Assembly: GCA_024679065.1 (NCBI GenBank)
Contig: JAGIQG010000002.1
Location: 134,416,001 to 134,480,000 of the forward strand
DNA from: Sphyrna mokarran
Lineage: Eukaryota
DNA: 64,000 nt
Reading direction: 5' to 3'
In this document: positions 63,346-64,000 of the stretch, piece after piece
Layout of the letters: each line of letters starts with the position of its first letter
Position numbering within the stretch: position 1 is the stretch's first letter
Program-made: the position numbers and the translations under genes
Notes under the pieces: model-generated
What the model saw: the letters and a program-made list of their open reading frames with translations, nothing else
What the model was told of the DNA's origin: nothing
Databases searched by the model: none

Positions 63346-64000
63346 ATAGAAGTGGAAGGGAGTGAGGGGAAGTGCGGAGGTGAAGAAGAATTCAGGACAG
63401 ATAGCATTCAATTGAGGGAAGTATTCTGAAACATAAAAACAAAAACAACTTGGAAGTGCTCAAACATTCAAATGTCAGTAAATTATGTTTCAGAAATGAC
63501 AGGATAAAAGTTAACATTGACTGCTTTCTTTTAATTTATTAAAAAAGGCACCAAAGGTTGTTAAATTAAATTCTAAAGCACCACGTGGGAAGCAGACAAT
63601 TCATGGTTTAGTATAGTACTCTGCTTCCAGCCCCTTCAGGAAAGAACATTCTTTATACTTATTTTATTAGATTAAATGCTTTCAGACTTTGACAGTAGAC
63701 GACTGAAGTCAGATCAGCATCTTTAATCAACAATGAAACGTAGTTTAATAGTACTATAAACCAACTCCATAAAAGTCTAACAAATTAAAAAATTTTAAAA
63801 CTTTTAAACTTTGCATTTAAGCACACAAATTTAAAGGAAAAAATAGGGTTTGGACTGATATATTTTTGAGTAAGGCATCAATAACCAGCTAATGAATTAC
63901 AAGTTTGGCTGAGAACCTTGCGCCAACTATGGTTTGGAGAGCTAAAGTAAACAGCATCCTGTTCTACTTTACCCTGTAAAGAATAGGATCAGGCGGTGAT

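Noticed and set aside
130-63411. The many short ORFs in the six-frame track as independent genes
   Set aside because: They are LINE, SINE or PLE fragments, antisense frames, or chance ORFs with TTG/GTG starts. Only three (7670, 43350, 50252) overlap real EXOC2 exons in frame.
50481-64000. Upstream EXOC2 exon (GILDQSAVWVDEMNYY...) or a nested HUS1B-like gene
   Set aside because: No such coding sequence was found by eye. The exon is probably beyond position 64000, and HUS1B is a mammalian retrogene.

Overview
AT-rich, repeat-dense vertebrate genomic DNA, very probably from a shark or other elasmobranch, judging by HE1/V-SINE-like tRNA-derived SINEs, CR1/HER1-like LINEs and DeuSINE remnants. 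The whole window lies inside one minus-strand gene, EXOC2 (exocyst subunit Sec5). Seven consecutive coding exons of 114, 125, 81, 146, 82, 103 and 119 nt have canonical GT-AG boundaries and splice into one open frame, equivalent to about residues 141-398 of human EXOC2. The flanking exons were not found in the window. The introns hold fragments of CR1, Rex/Babar, RTE and a second CR1/L2-group LINE, several SINE families, MITE-like elements and many nested insertions. The most unusual signal is a set of about ten Penelope-like element (PLE) remnants of three sequence types. Most are fold-back (inverted pseudo-LTR) structures carrying minimal hammerhead-ribozyme motifs; two motifs have intact cores and one of those lies on the EXOC2 pre-mRNA strand. 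The inversion or truncation points of these remnants repeatedly fall at the hammerhead. PLE hammerheads are known in general, so this is an interesting local case rather than a demonstrated new system. Repeat family names and boundaries are from recall and by-eye reading, so repeat coordinates are approximate.
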